The position numbers and the translations under genes were made by a program. Shown here one piece after another: positions 47,181-56,002 of a DNA stretch of 64,000 nucleotides. Location: positions 70,310-134,309 of the forward strand of contig JAGATB010000033.1 in the NCBI GenBank assembly GCA_017621495.1, in the 5' to 3' direction. The notes beneath the pieces were generated by a model that saw only the letters and a program-made list of their open reading frames with translations, did no database searches and was not told the origin of the DNA. Positions within the stretch are counted from its first letter, which is position 1, and each line of letters starts with the position of its first letter. This DNA comes from Clostridia bacterium. GTDB lineage: Bacteria > Bacillota > Clostridia > UMGS1810.

Positions 47181-47218
47181 AAAAAAACAGGGAAGACATA
47201 AGCTGCCGTCCCTTTTTA
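47181..47218 (-). promoter_or_regulatory. Terminator-like hairpin plus U7 in the carA leader (possible attenuator)
   Basis: On the minus strand, AGGGACGGCAGCTTATGTCTTCCCT is followed by GTTTTTTT, about 70 nt upstream of the carA ATG. The stem is imperfect. Confidence 0.4.
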
Positions 47219-47262
47219 TTTTAAATCAGTTTAAAACAGATTATGTTATTTTTATCTTATAT

Positions 47263-47292
47263 ATTTTACAACAAAATATAGTGTGTTGTCAA
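47263..47292 (-). promoter_or_regulatory. Sigma-A promoter for the carA-carB/dapF operon
   Basis: On the minus strand: TTGACA, an 18-nt spacer, then TAAAAT. Confidence 0.55.
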
Positions 47293-47367
47293 CCTTTAAC
47301 GACATAAATATTGAAATATTTTTAAAAATTTTCCATATTTTTATGTTACACTATCCTTAAACACGTA

Positions 47368-47401
47368 AAATATGTAAAAAGGAGCACGAAAATCATGCTC
47401 C
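47368..47401 (-). terminator. Intrinsic terminator after the DeoR gene
   Basis: On the minus strand: GGAGCA-TGATTTTCG-TGCTCC followed by TTTTTACATATTTT. Confidence 0.8.
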
Positions 47402-47409
47402 CAAACAAC

Positions 47410-48171
47410 TCAAACAGTGAGGACTTTTACATTTAAGTCCTCCAATATTTTTTGTATATCGTCACTGAATCCTTTTTCAGATATAAAACAATCAAGTTCA
47501 TCAAAATCAGCAAGCTTGGCAAAGCCTATTCTGCCTATTTTTGACTTGTCACATAAGTAATATTTTTTATTGGAATTCTTTATCATACATTGCTTTATGG
47601 CCCATTCGGTTTCGTTGCTGTCCAGTACTCCGCCGCTTGCTGTCACACCACGGCTTGAGAAAAACACCTTATTGGCATAGCAGTTATTTTGTATGTAATT
47701 GCATGCAAGTGTACCTACGAAGGATTGGTTGTTGCTCACAAATCCTCCTACGCCTATTACTTTTAAGTTGTTAAGACCTGCAAGCTCCGTTATAACGCGT
47801 ATGGAATTCGTCACTATAGTGATATCCTTCATGTTTTTCAGTTCTCTTGCCATATAGAAGGTTGTTGTAGAAGCATCTAGAAATATGGTATCTCCCGGTA
47901 CAATGTGCTTTACTGCTTCCTTGGCGAGCAGCTCTTTGGCATCTGCGTTAAGGTGCTTTCGCTTTTCAAGTGACATCTCATGATTGCTTTCATCTACAGG
48001 TATTGCACCGCCGTGAGTTCTTACCAGTGCTTCCTGCTTTTCCAATTTTTCAAGGTCACGGCGTACGGTTTCCTCGGTAACACCAAGCTCCTGGCTCAGT
48101 TTGCTTACCCATACAGCACCGTCGGATTTTAAAGTTTCTATAATTTTTTTCTGTCTTTCTACCGCAAACAT
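47410..48171 (-). CDS. DeoR/GlpR-family transcriptional regulator
   Basis: The N-terminal wHTH is RQKKIIETLKSDGAVWVSKLSQELGVTEETVRRDLEKLE. The C-terminal DeoR sugar-phosphate sensor domain has IFLDASTTT and VFFSSRGV. Confidence 0.9.
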   Translation of the reverse strand: MFAVERQKKIIETLKSDGAVWVSKLSQELGVTEETVRRDLEKLEKQEALVRTHGGAIPVDESNHEMSLEKRKHLNADAKELLAKEAVKHIVPGDTIFLDASTTTFYMARELKNMKDITIVTNSIRVITELAGLNNLKVIGVGGFVSNNQSFVGTLACNYIQNNCYANKVFFSSRGVTASGGVLDSNETEWAIKQCMIKNSNKKYYLCDKSKIGRIGFAKLADFDELDCFISEKGFSDDIQKILEDLNVKVLTV

Positions 48172-48202
48172 TTGTTCACCTCAGATAAATAAGATTATAT
48201 TA

Positions 48203-48231
48203 ATTATAAACCAAAATATGTAATAAGTCAA
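48203..48231 (-). promoter_or_regulatory. Sigma-A promoter of the DeoR gene
   Basis: On the minus strand: TTGACT, a 17-nt spacer, then TATAAT. Confidence 0.65.
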
Positions 48232-48241
48232 TTAAATTTAA

Positions 48242-48274
48242 AAGGCAGTAAATCTTTTGTAAGTTCACTGCCTT
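48242..48274 (-). terminator. Hairpin terminator at the end of the microcompartment operon
   Basis: AAGGCAGT / ACTGCCTT, an 8-bp stem with a 17-nt loop. It is followed on the minus strand by a T/A-rich tract (TTTAAATTTAATT). Confidence 0.55.
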
Positions 48275-48282
48275 AAAAAATG

Positions 48283-48918
48283 CTATTTAATTATTTTTAC
48301 CATATCGCCGTTTTTAATCCCTGCGGAATTGGCATCATCGGTATCAATATGCATTTCTACATTAAAGTCATCACGTACTCTTACCTGCACGTCATAAAAC
48401 TTTGTTGGTTTTACACTTTCTACCATCACGTCAACGTAATCGCCGTCTTTTATGCCATGACGCTCAGCGTATTCAGGTGTCAGATGTATGTGCCTGTTGG
48501 CGATTATTACACCTTGTTTCAGATACACACTGCCTTTAGGACCCACGATTACCAGCTTTTCCGAGCCTTCAACCTCTCCGGAAGGACGCACCGGGGGGCT
48601 AACCTTAAGCACAAATGTATCGGTCTTAGATATCTCTACCTGAGTGTTCTTTCTGACAGGACCAAGTACACGCACCTTTTCTATGGATTTGAGGGAAGGA
48701 CCAACTAAGGTTACACATTCTTCAGAAGCGAATTCTCTGCCCATAAGAGTTTTCTTTTTGGTAAGCTCGTAGCCTTTACCAAATAGGGTATCAAGGTCTT
48801 CCCTGGAAAGATGGATGTGTCTCTGGGACACACCTATTTTAATTTCGTTATTTTGGTCCTGCTTATATTCTTTTAAGATTTTACTTACAGCTTGTTCTAT
48901 CTTTTTTGCATCATACAT
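48283..48918 (-). CDS. pduL: Phosphate propanoyltransferase PduL with an N-terminal encapsulation-peptide-like helix
   Basis: The duplicated PduL motifs are GVSQRHIHLSREDLDTLFG and IIANRHIHLTPEYAERHG. The N-terminus is KKIEQAVSKILKEY. Confidence 0.9.
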   Translation of the reverse strand: MYDAKKIEQAVSKILKEYKQDQNNEIKIGVSQRHIHLSREDLDTLFGKGYELTKKKTLMGREFASEECVTLVGPSLKSIEKVRVLGPVRKNTQVEISKTDTFVLKVSPPVRPSGEVEGSEKLVIVGPKGSVYLKQGVIIANRHIHLTPEYAERHGIKDGDYVDVMVESVKPTKFYDVQVRVRDDFNVEMHIDTDDANSAGIKNGDMVKIIK

Positions 48919-48921
48919 TGT

Positions 48922-49590
48922 TTATTTCTCCTCGTCTGACGGGTCATTAAGTATGCTCAAATCAAAAAACTTAAGAAGCTCTGAGTGGGGGCTGGCTATG
49001 CATTCTGTGCCATATACCTCACCAACCGGCGAAGCTGCAGCACTTCCGTGCTCTATAGCTGCCTTTACTGCAGATACACTTCCTGCAACTACCAGTGTTA
49101 CCAGTCTGCCGCCGAGCCTTTCTTCCTTGTGCAAAAGGCGAACATCTGCCGCTTTACACATAGCATCAAGCCCTACTACAGAAGCAGTAAATCCGGAAAT
49201 CTCAAGTATTCCTATGGATTTGCCGAAGCCGGCTTCGGGAGCTTCAAATCCCTTCATGGTTTTGGGGAATTTCTTGTTGAATTTGTCCTTGTTTATATCC
49301 ATAAGATATGCCATCTTTTCTGTGCTGTCGTCGGGACGTGCTATTATATGAGATACTATGTATCTGCCTTTGTTCTCAGCGTATTCGGTACCTGCTTCTA
49401 TTGCAGCCTTAACTGCAGCTACACTGCCTTCGACTTTTACTACCATTATAAGCGGAGCGGGAGCATCCGGAGCGAAAGGCCTGTTTCTGTCAAAAGCTAT
49501 AACCTTTACGTCAGCAGACTTAGCCATTAAATCTGCAACGCACAGAGCAGTTGTAAAACTGTATACTTCAATTAAACCTAATGCATTCAT
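48922..49590 (-). CDS. Tandem-BMC-domain shell protein (BMC-T), 222 aa
   Basis: Two BMC repeats are present: NALGLIEVYSFTTALCVADLMAKSADVKVI and SIGILEISGFTASVVGLDAMCKAADVRLL. Confidence 0.85.
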   Translation of the reverse strand: MNALGLIEVYSFTTALCVADLMAKSADVKVIAFDRNRPFAPDAPAPLIMVVKVEGSVAAVKAAIEAGTEYAENKGRYIVSHIIARPDDSTEKMAYLMDINKDKFNKKFPKTMKGFEAPEAGFGKSIGILEISGFTASVVGLDAMCKAADVRLLHKEERLGGRLVTLVVAGSVSAVKAAIEHGSAAASPVGEVYGTECIASPHSELLKFFDLSILNDPSDEEK

Positions 49591-49615
49591 AATTTATAAC
49601 CGTACTCTTTCTCTA

Positions 49616-51025
49616 TTATACTATATGTAATCCGTCTACCAATACACATCTTCTGCTTCTTGTAAATGAATGTGCTGCAGTGAGGCCTTCACCTGTAGGT
49701 CCTGCTATGGTGAAAGTAGTGTAGCCTTCTCCGCCTGCACCTATTCCTGCATAGGAGGGGGCATTCTTTACAAATATAGTAGTTTCTACAGCTTTAGCAA
49801 ATTTCGACAGGTGGTCTACGTTCTTGGAATGGATATGTGCCGAATGTCTGTTTCCGTGTTCAGCCTGACAAGCTTTTGCTATAGCTTCGTCTATATCATT
49901 AACTCTGACTATAGCGAGTATAGGCATCATGAGCTCAACCTGTACAAATGGGTGAGAAGCATCTGTTTCACAGATTATGAGTTTAGTACCCGCCGGAGCG
50001 TTTATACCGATTGCTTCCAGGAACTTATATGCATCCTTGCCAACCCATTTTTTGTTTATGGAGTATTTACCGTCCTTATTTACCAGACATGTGTCCATAA
50101 GCTTCTGTATTTCGTCACCTTTTATAAGATAAGCACCGTGTTTCTGCATTTCTGTTATGAGAGTGTCTGCAATATTGTTAAATGCAAAACATTCCTTTTC
50201 TGCTATACAGGGCAGGTTGTTGTCAAAGCTTGCTCCGTCTACAATATCCTTTGCAGCTTTCAATACATCAGCTGTATCATCAACTATAACCGGGGGATTA
50301 CCTGCGCCTGCACCAATTGCCTTTTTGCCCGATGACAGGAGTGCTTTTACTACTCCGGGACCGCCTGTAGCTACAAGCATTCTCACGATAGGAGACTGCA
50401 TCATCTCATCAGAGGATTCCTTGGTAGGATTCTCTACAGATACTACGATGTTCTCAGGTCCGCCTGCTTCAAGTACAGCACGGTTTACCAGGTCAACTGC
50501 GTAGTTGGCTACATCCTTTGCGTTAGGATGCGGATTAAACACTACACCGTTACCGCCGGCTATCATACCCATGGAATTACATATTACTGTTTCTGAAGGA
50601 TTGGTAGAAGGAGTAATACTGCCTATTACACCGTAGGGTGCCATTTCTACCAAAGTAAGACCTGCATCTCCGGTCATTACCGATGGCTTCAAATCTTCTG
50701 TTCCGGGTGTCTTTTTTGCCACAAGCTGATGCTTTATAATCTTGTCGTTGACATTACCCATGCCGGTTTCTTTCACACCCATTACAGCCATTGTTTCTGC
50801 TTCTTCCAGAGTGAGACGTCTTATGTTTTTTATCATTTCCTCTCTCTGTGCTACAGAATAGTTCTTAAGCTCGTTGTATGCTTTGTTTACAGCCTGCAGA
50901 GCATCGGTCATTGAAGTAAATACACCTTTTTTGTGTGTCGCTGCCGATGTCTTAACTTCGCCGCCTGCATTTATTGACTTAATTACATTTGCTACAATTT
51001 CACTGATATACTTTTCGTTATCCAT
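49616..51025 (-). CDS. pduP: CoA-acylating aldehyde dehydrogenase (PduP/EutE-like) with an N-terminal encapsulation-peptide-like helix
   Basis: An ALDH fold with the catalytic Cys context NNLPCIAEKE. It is 469 aa long. The N-terminus is EKYISEIVANVIKSI. Confidence 0.9.
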   Translation of the reverse strand: MDNEKYISEIVANVIKSINAGGEVKTSAATHKKGVFTSMTDALQAVNKAYNELKNYSVAQREEMIKNIRRLTLEEAETMAVMGVKETGMGNVNDKIIKHQLVAKKTPGTEDLKPSVMTGDAGLTLVEMAPYGVIGSITPSTNPSETVICNSMGMIAGGNGVVFNPHPNAKDVANYAVDLVNRAVLEAGGPENIVVSVENPTKESSDEMMQSPIVRMLVATGGPGVVKALLSSGKKAIGAGAGNPPVIVDDTADVLKAAKDIVDGASFDNNLPCIAEKECFAFNNIADTLITEMQKHGAYLIKGDEIQKLMDTCLVNKDGKYSINKKWVGKDAYKFLEAIGINAPAGTKLIICETDASHPFVQVELMMPILAIVRVNDIDEAIAKACQAEHGNRHSAHIHSKNVDHLSKFAKAVETTIFVKNAPSYAGIGAGGEGYTTFTIAGPTGEGLTAAHSFTRSRRCVLVDGLHIV

Positions 51026-51052
51026 TTTTAACCAGGCCTTTCTTTATGTATT

Positions 51053-51601
51053 TTAAAGTATAGATTTCCAAAGATTTTTATCAGGACGTGGTATAACTGC
51101 ACTATCCAGGTACATACCTTCGTCTTTTATGGTTTCTCTTGCCTTTTCTATAGCTGCAGTTACAGCAGCTACTTCTCCGGTAATAAACAGATATGATTTA
51201 CCGCTCATACCCTTGGCAAGACGCAGTTCAATCAGCTTAACTATGGCTGTTTTAGCGGCAATATCTGCAGCTACAATTGCAGATGCTACAGAAAATGTCT
51301 CCAGTACACCAAGGGCAGAGACATCGCCCGGATCTGTAGATGCATAAATTGCAGGGAATATATCCTCGTGGGGATTACCAAGTACAAAGCTGTCCACCAG
51401 CTTGTTTGGAAACCGCTCCCTGGATGCTTCTACAGATGCTTTAACAGCACTTAGCTCACCTGATATTATTACTATGTATTTTCCGGGGCACACAGTCATT
51501 GCTTCAATAATTTCCACATCAGCGGTTTTTGCCATTATATCAGCCGCCTGTACACCGGTAGTTACATTAAAGTATTCAACCATTCCTAATGCTTTTGCCA
51601 T
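51053..51601 (-). CDS. pduT: PduT-like tandem BMC shell protein (BMC-T, putative 4Fe-4S pore)
   Basis: 182 aa with two BMC repeats. TVCPGKYIV carries the Cys at the PduT cluster-ligand position. Confidence 0.85.
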   Translation of the reverse strand: MAKALGMVEYFNVTTGVQAADIMAKTADVEIIEAMTVCPGKYIVIISGELSAVKASVEASRERFPNKLVDSFVLGNPHEDIFPAIYASTDPGDVSALGVLETFSVASAIVAADIAAKTAIVKLIELRLAKGMSGKSYLFITGEVAAVTAAIEKARETIKDEGMYLDSAVIPRPDKNLWKSIL

Positions 51602-51624
51602 GGAAGTTTATCCTTTCTGATTGC

Positions 51625-52953
51625 TTATTTTGACGATATCAGTATATATTTATCCGTGATATCTGTTACAGTACCGTTTATGGAACTGTGAAGTGCAAGA
51701 GAGAGAGCAGCATCCTTGGGGTCAGCTATCTTATCACCGGTCTTAACTGCATCGCCGATTTCTACACATGGTACGGCAGGTGCGCCTATTGACTGAGAAA
51801 GATATATCTTTACTTTCTTACACTCTATGCCTTCATCGCAGAGTGGGGCAGGTACATCGTACTTTACTATGTCCAGTCTGCGTATAAGTCTAGACATTGG
51901 GATTTGTCTGTAATTTCTTTCTTCTTTTGCACTTTGGGGTGCACTTAGCTTTTCGGGCTTAATATTATTCTTCCTAAGCCCGGATTTATATATTCCAATG
52001 AGCGTAGCAGGACTCAGTCCCTGAGGGCAGGCATACATTTCGCATACTCCGCATTGTGAGCAGTATTGAGTGTTTAATAAGACATTTGTGTTTGCGATAT
52101 CAGATGTCAGTGACCTCATAAAATCTCCGGGATTTATAGGGTGTCCCAACAGATTTCTGGGGCACATTTCTGTGCAGGTCTTGCACTGACAGCATGCACT
52201 CATAGCTCGTTTTACGCTCATGGTTACTTTCTGATTTCGTTTGTTTATAAGATAGTGTTCATTGGGCAATACCAATACAGCATTTGTTGTCTTGGTAACC
52301 GTATCATTTTCTGTGGCTTTTCTGCCGGTCATGGGACCGCCTTGTATTAATGCCGTGTCGCTAACGGTCTTGCCGCCGCAAAACTCCAACAGTGTAGAAA
52401 ACTTAGTGCCTATAGGCACCTTTACGGTCTGAGGTTTATGTACCTCGCCGGCTACGGTTACGTACTTATGTGTTACATTTTTACCGAGTTTTACCGCATT
52501 GTAAATGTTAAGTACGGTTTCTACGTTGTATACTATAACACCTACATCTATCGGTATACCTCCCGGCGGTACAAGCCTCTTTGTAACATCATAGGTTAAG
52601 ATTACCTCATCACCTGAGGGATACACTTCATTTAAAAGGTGTATTCTGCCGTTTTTATAATCTTTAATTTCTGTTTTTACAGCTTCTACAGCTTCTGTAT
52701 ATTCTTTTTTTATGCCTACTGCGAATTCCTTGGCACCTATGACTTCGGTTATCATAGACATAGTATTTATGATTTCGCTTGCATATACAGCCAGAAGCTG
52801 ACGGTGAACTTTAAGGAGAGGCTCACACTCTGCACAGTTTAATATTACAACATCAGCGTTTTTATTCAGTTTTGCATATGAGGGGAAACCGGCACCGCCG
52901 GCACCGGTTACACCCGCGTTTTGTAAGATGTCTTTTAATTTAGCAATATCCAT
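51625..52953 (-). CDS. pduS: PduS/RnfC-like flavoprotein with two 4Fe-4S motifs
   Basis: Motifs GVTGAGGAGFPSYAKL, an SLBB region, CCQCKTCTEMCP and CSQCGVCEMYACP. Confidence 0.85.
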   Translation of the reverse strand: MDIAKLKDILQNAGVTGAGGAGFPSYAKLNKNADVVILNCAECEPLLKVHRQLLAVYASEIINTMSMITEVIGAKEFAVGIKKEYTEAVEAVKTEIKDYKNGRIHLLNEVYPSGDEVILTYDVTKRLVPPGGIPIDVGVIVYNVETVLNIYNAVKLGKNVTHKYVTVAGEVHKPQTVKVPIGTKFSTLLEFCGGKTVSDTALIQGGPMTGRKATENDTVTKTTNAVLVLPNEHYLINKRNQKVTMSVKRAMSACCQCKTCTEMCPRNLLGHPINPGDFMRSLTSDIANTNVLLNTQYCSQCGVCEMYACPQGLSPATLIGIYKSGLRKNNIKPEKLSAPQSAKEERNYRQIPMSRLIRRLDIVKYDVPAPLCDEGIECKKVKIYLSQSIGAPAVPCVEIGDAVKTGDKIADPKDAALSLALHSSINGTVTDITDKYILISSK

Positions 52954-52959
52954 TTAAAA

Positions 52960-53223
52960 TCAAAACTCCAATTCTGTGCCGGAATCTACTATACCGACAA
53001 TTGCGGCGTCAATAGGAGAGTGCTCCATATTACAGCCTATCCTTGCTGCACTCCCTGTTGCTACAAGTACTATTTCTCCAATACCTGCGCCCACGTTATC
53101 TACAGCTACGAATCGTGACTGAGCCATGCCTTGGCAGGGCTCAATCACCATAAATTTACTTCCGACCAGATTTTCATTTTTTCTTGTTGATACGATGCTT
53201 CCTGTTACTTTACCGATAATCAC
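52960..53223 (-). CDS. eutN: BMC vertex pentamer protein (EutN/PduN/CcmL family)
   Basis: 87 aa, with MIIGKVTGSIVSTRKNENLVGSKFMVIEP and AAIVGIVD. Confidence 0.9.
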   Translation of the reverse strand: MIIGKVTGSIVSTRKNENLVGSKFMVIEPCQGMAQSRFVAVDNVGAGIGEIVLVATGSAARIGCNMEHSPIDAAIVGIVDSGTELEF

Positions 53224-53259
53224 AATATCACCTCATAATAAATATTTAGTGAGAGGGGA

Positions 53260-53613
53260 TTACTTAAGTGTAGGAATAATCTTTTCAACGTCACCGTGAG
53301 GTCTGGGAATTACGTATGTAGCGATGATTTCGCCAAGTCTGGAAGCGTTTGCCTGTCCTGCTTCTACAGCAGACTTAACAGCGCCTACGTCTCCTCTTAC
53401 CATAACACTTACGAGACCGGAACCGATTTTTTCTGTACCTACGAGCTGAACGTTTGCAGCCTTAAGCATAGCATCTGCAGCTTCAACTGCAGCAACTAAA
53501 CCTCTTGTTTCAATAATACCTAATGCTTCTAATGACATTTTCTTTTCCTCCTTAACAGTTTCGACAGCCGGGGCTGCCTTTGTAGTTTTTTTAGTAGTTT
53601 TTGATGCAGCCAT
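53260..53613 (-). CDS. BMC-H shell protein (PduA/PduJ-like) with a Lys/Thr-rich 25-aa N-terminal extension. An alternative internal start at 53538 is also SD-supported.
   Basis: The core is [58 protein letters not shown]. Both ATGs have SD sequences (GGTGG and AAGGAGG). Confidence 0.88.
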   Translation of the reverse strand: MAASKTTKKTTKAAPAVETVKEEKKMSLEALGIIETRGLVAAVEAADAMLKAANVQLVGTEKIGSGLVSVMVRGDVGAVKSAVEAGQANASRLGEIIATYVIPRPHGDVEKIIPTLK

Positions 53614-53631
53614 TTTTATCCCACCTTTAAA

Positions 53632-53907
53632 TTAGAATTTGGGGAGAATCTTTTCTACATCGTCGTGGGGTCTGGGAATTACATGAACAGCGATAAGCTC
53701 ACCGAGTCTTGCAGCGGTAGTTGCACCGGCTTCTGTAGCTGCCTTAACAGCACCTACGTCACCTCTTACCATTACGGTTACAAGACCTGAACCGATTTTT
53801 TCTGTACCTACGAGAGATACCTCTGCTGCTTTTACCATTGCGTCAGCTGCCTCAACTGCTGCTGTTAAACCTCTTGTTTCAATCATTCCTAATGCTTCTT
53901 TAGCCAT
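53632..53907 (-). CDS. BMC-H shell protein (PduA/EutM-like)
   Basis: [58 protein letters not shown]. Confidence 0.92.
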   Translation of the reverse strand: MAKEALGMIETRGLTAAVEAADAMVKAAEVSLVGTEKIGSGLVTVMVRGDVGAVKAATEAGATTAARLGELIAVHVIPRPHDDVEKILPKF

Positions 53908-53927
53908 TTTTATATCCTCCTAAAAAA

Positions 53928-55130
53928 TTATTCATTAATTATAGCTATCTTAAGCCCCTTCATTTCAAGGTTTGTTCTGTGGGCTTCGTTGATTTGTGAA
54001 AGCGGGAACTTGTGTGTTATGAGCTTCTCAATAGGAAGTCCTATTCCCTTAGCACGTTTGAGAAAATCAAAAGTTGTTGCGTAGTCACGTAGGGTATATA
54101 CCCATGAGCCTACTGTTGTGATTTCCTTTGCACATATATCAAAGTGGGGATTAATTGTAGCATCGCCGCCGTTGATAAAGAATCCAAGCTCGCAAAGACC
54201 GCCGCCGTTGCGAATGAATTTATATATGTTGCTGTGTGCAACCGGTGAGCCTGTGCACTGGAAAGCAAAGTCTGCCAGGTATCCGCCTAATGCACTCTTT
54301 ACACCTTCTGCCAATGCATCCTGTCCTTTGAATTCTGTGAAGTTTACAGTTGCTGTAGCGCCCAGCTCCTTAGCAAAGTCAAGTCTCTGCTGCTGACCAT
54401 CAATTGCAACTATATTTTCTATACCCATGGTCCTCAGTACTGCAATACATATAAGTCCTATAGGACCGCAGCCCTGAACTGCCACTCGTGAGTTAAATCT
54501 TAAAATTCCTGTTGTCTTAGCACGTTCTACAGCATGGATTAATACTGCGCAGGGCTCGATAAGTATTCTCAAATCGAGACTTAAGTCACTTACATTAAAC
54601 ACAGTGGAGCCGCCTCTTATTACGAGGTAATCTGCAAACCATCCGTTTAAGTGAATGTCGTCATCAGGCAGGAGTCCGTAAACATCCGCACCGCCTACGT
54701 TTTGCTTGTTTAAGTCGAACATGGTAATATCCGGGTTATCCTTGAATATCATACATGTTACGACCTTGTCGCCGACAGCTAAGGGCTTTCCTGCACTGTC
54801 TTTGGTTACGTTTTTACCCATTTTAACTATTTCGCCTGTTCCTTCGTGACCGAGGACTAACGGAATGAGACCGAATGGGTCGCGTTTAAATTCGTGAGCA
54901 TCTGTTCCGCAGATACCGCAGCCTTCTACTTTAACCAGGATATCATCATCGCCGAGCTCCGGGATGGGGAATTCCTTGATTTCGTAGTTTTCGAGCTTAG
55001 TGAGCATCGCTGCACGGCTGGTTTTGGGTATTTCACCGTTTGAGCTTGCTTTTGCAGGAGCAGAACCCTGGTTCATTCCTGCTAAAATCTGCTGAACAAT
55101 AGCCTGAATTTGGTCTTGATTTACATTCAT
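53928..55130 (-). CDS. Zinc-dependent medium-chain alcohol dehydrogenase (sorbitol/threonine/butanediol-DH family) with an N-terminal encapsulation-peptide-like helix
   Basis: Motifs VEGCGICGTDAHEF, LGHEGTGEIV and the Rossmann VAVQGCGPIGL. The SD AAGGAG lies 7 nt before ATG 55130. The N-terminus is MNVNQDQIQAIVQQILAGM. The frame stays open upstream to 55499 (see findings). Confidence 0.85.
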   Translation of the reverse strand: MNVNQDQIQAIVQQILAGMNQGSAPAKASSNGEIPKTSRAAMLTKLENYEIKEFPIPELGDDDILVKVEGCGICGTDAHEFKRDPFGLIPLVLGHEGTGEIVKMGKNVTKDSAGKPLAVGDKVVTCMIFKDNPDITMFDLNKQNVGGADVYGLLPDDDIHLNGWFADYLVIRGGSTVFNVSDLSLDLRILIEPCAVLIHAVERAKTTGILRFNSRVAVQGCGPIGLICIAVLRTMGIENIVAIDGQQQRLDFAKELGATATVNFTEFKGQDALAEGVKSALGGYLADFAFQCTGSPVAHSNIYKFIRNGGGLCELGFFINGGDATINPHFDICAKEITTVGSWVYTLRDYATTFDFLKRAKGIGLPIEKLITHKFPLSQINEAHRTNLEMKGLKIAIINE

Positions 55131-55483
55131 AGCTATTCTCCTTGTATTAATTGAGTTTTCACATATGACTCCCACAGCACCGAAATTGAGTTCGGTGTTA
55201 GCTGCTTTGTCATTTGCGTGTGTTTCATAAATTATAAAACTATGATTTGAGGCTGTTACAGCTTTGATATTATACAGTACAGCCTGTAAGCTTTCAGTGG
55301 TCTTTGCCGCCTTGAGCATCATGTCACGTTGTTTTGCTGATGCAAGGTAACCTCCGTTTTCTATAAGATGATATATAAATTCATCCTTGATATCCCGGGA
55401 AACCCTGACAACGATATTTGAGCATATGTTTTTGGTAAGCTCTTTTACATGAAGGGAGGGATTATTCTCAATATTATATGTAT

Positions 55484-55996
55484 TTATGATAACTCCTCCT
55501 CAAAGACCTCAGCACCAAACTTAGCAAGATAGGTGTCTTGCTTTTCACTGCCTCCGCTTACTCCCAGTCCTCCGATTATTTCTCCGTTATATATAAGCGG
55601 AACACCGCCTCCGAAAATCACTATCTGTCCTTGATTGGTGAATTGTATACCGTAGAGTTCATCTCCGGGATTTGTCAGAGTTTTGAGAGTGCTCGTGGGC
55701 ATCTTGAGCGCCACCGATGTGTAAGCTTTGTTCAGTGCAACGTCATAGCTTGCAATGTAGGAGTCATCCATACATTCTATTATTACGGGTCTTGCGGCGG
55801 CGTTTGACACAGCAACCACTGCCTTGACTCCGATTTTTTCTGCTTCCTTTTCCACTCTTCGTACAAGCTTTCTTGCAGTATCGAGTGTTATGTATCCTTT
55901 GGAATAATCCGTCTTGGAAGTCTTTGATACACTCAGTACACTTTTTGTAACGGCATCGACCAAATCATTCAGTGTTTTGTCGTCCATAGTGTCCAC
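55484..55996 (-). CDS. GlcG/HbpS-like (DUF336, PduO C-terminal-domain-like) haem-binding protein with an N-terminal encapsulation-peptide-like helix
   Basis: The DUF336 core is ITLDTARKLVRRVEKEAEKIGVKAVVAVSNAAARPV...GGGVPLIYNGEIIGGLGVSGGSEKQD. The N-terminus is TLNDLVDAVTKSVLSV. Confidence 0.8.
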   Translation of the reverse strand: MDTMDDKTLNDLVDAVTKSVLSVSKTSKTDYSKGYITLDTARKLVRRVEKEAEKIGVKAVVAVSNAAARPVIIECMDDSYIASYDVALNKAYTSVALKMPTSTLKTLTNPGDELYGIQFTNQGQIVIFGGGVPLIYNGEIIGGLGVSGGSEKQDTYLAKFGAEVFEEELS

Positions 55997-56002
55997 CTTG
56001 GC

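Noticed and set aside
48280-50335. Plus-strand ORFs of 142-221 aa (48280-48708, 48815-49351, 48985-49530, 49670-50335) across pduL, BMC-T and pduP
   Set aside because: All are antisense to motif-supported microcompartment genes. They are Cys/Phe/Tyr-rich and lack ribosome-binding sites.
55484-55505. A programmed frameshift joining the GlcG-like gene to the open frame upstream of the ADH
   Set aside because: The target frame has a TGA at 55500-55502, which leaves only about a 15-nt window. No slippery heptamer lies in it, and a +1 shift leads to the wrong frame.
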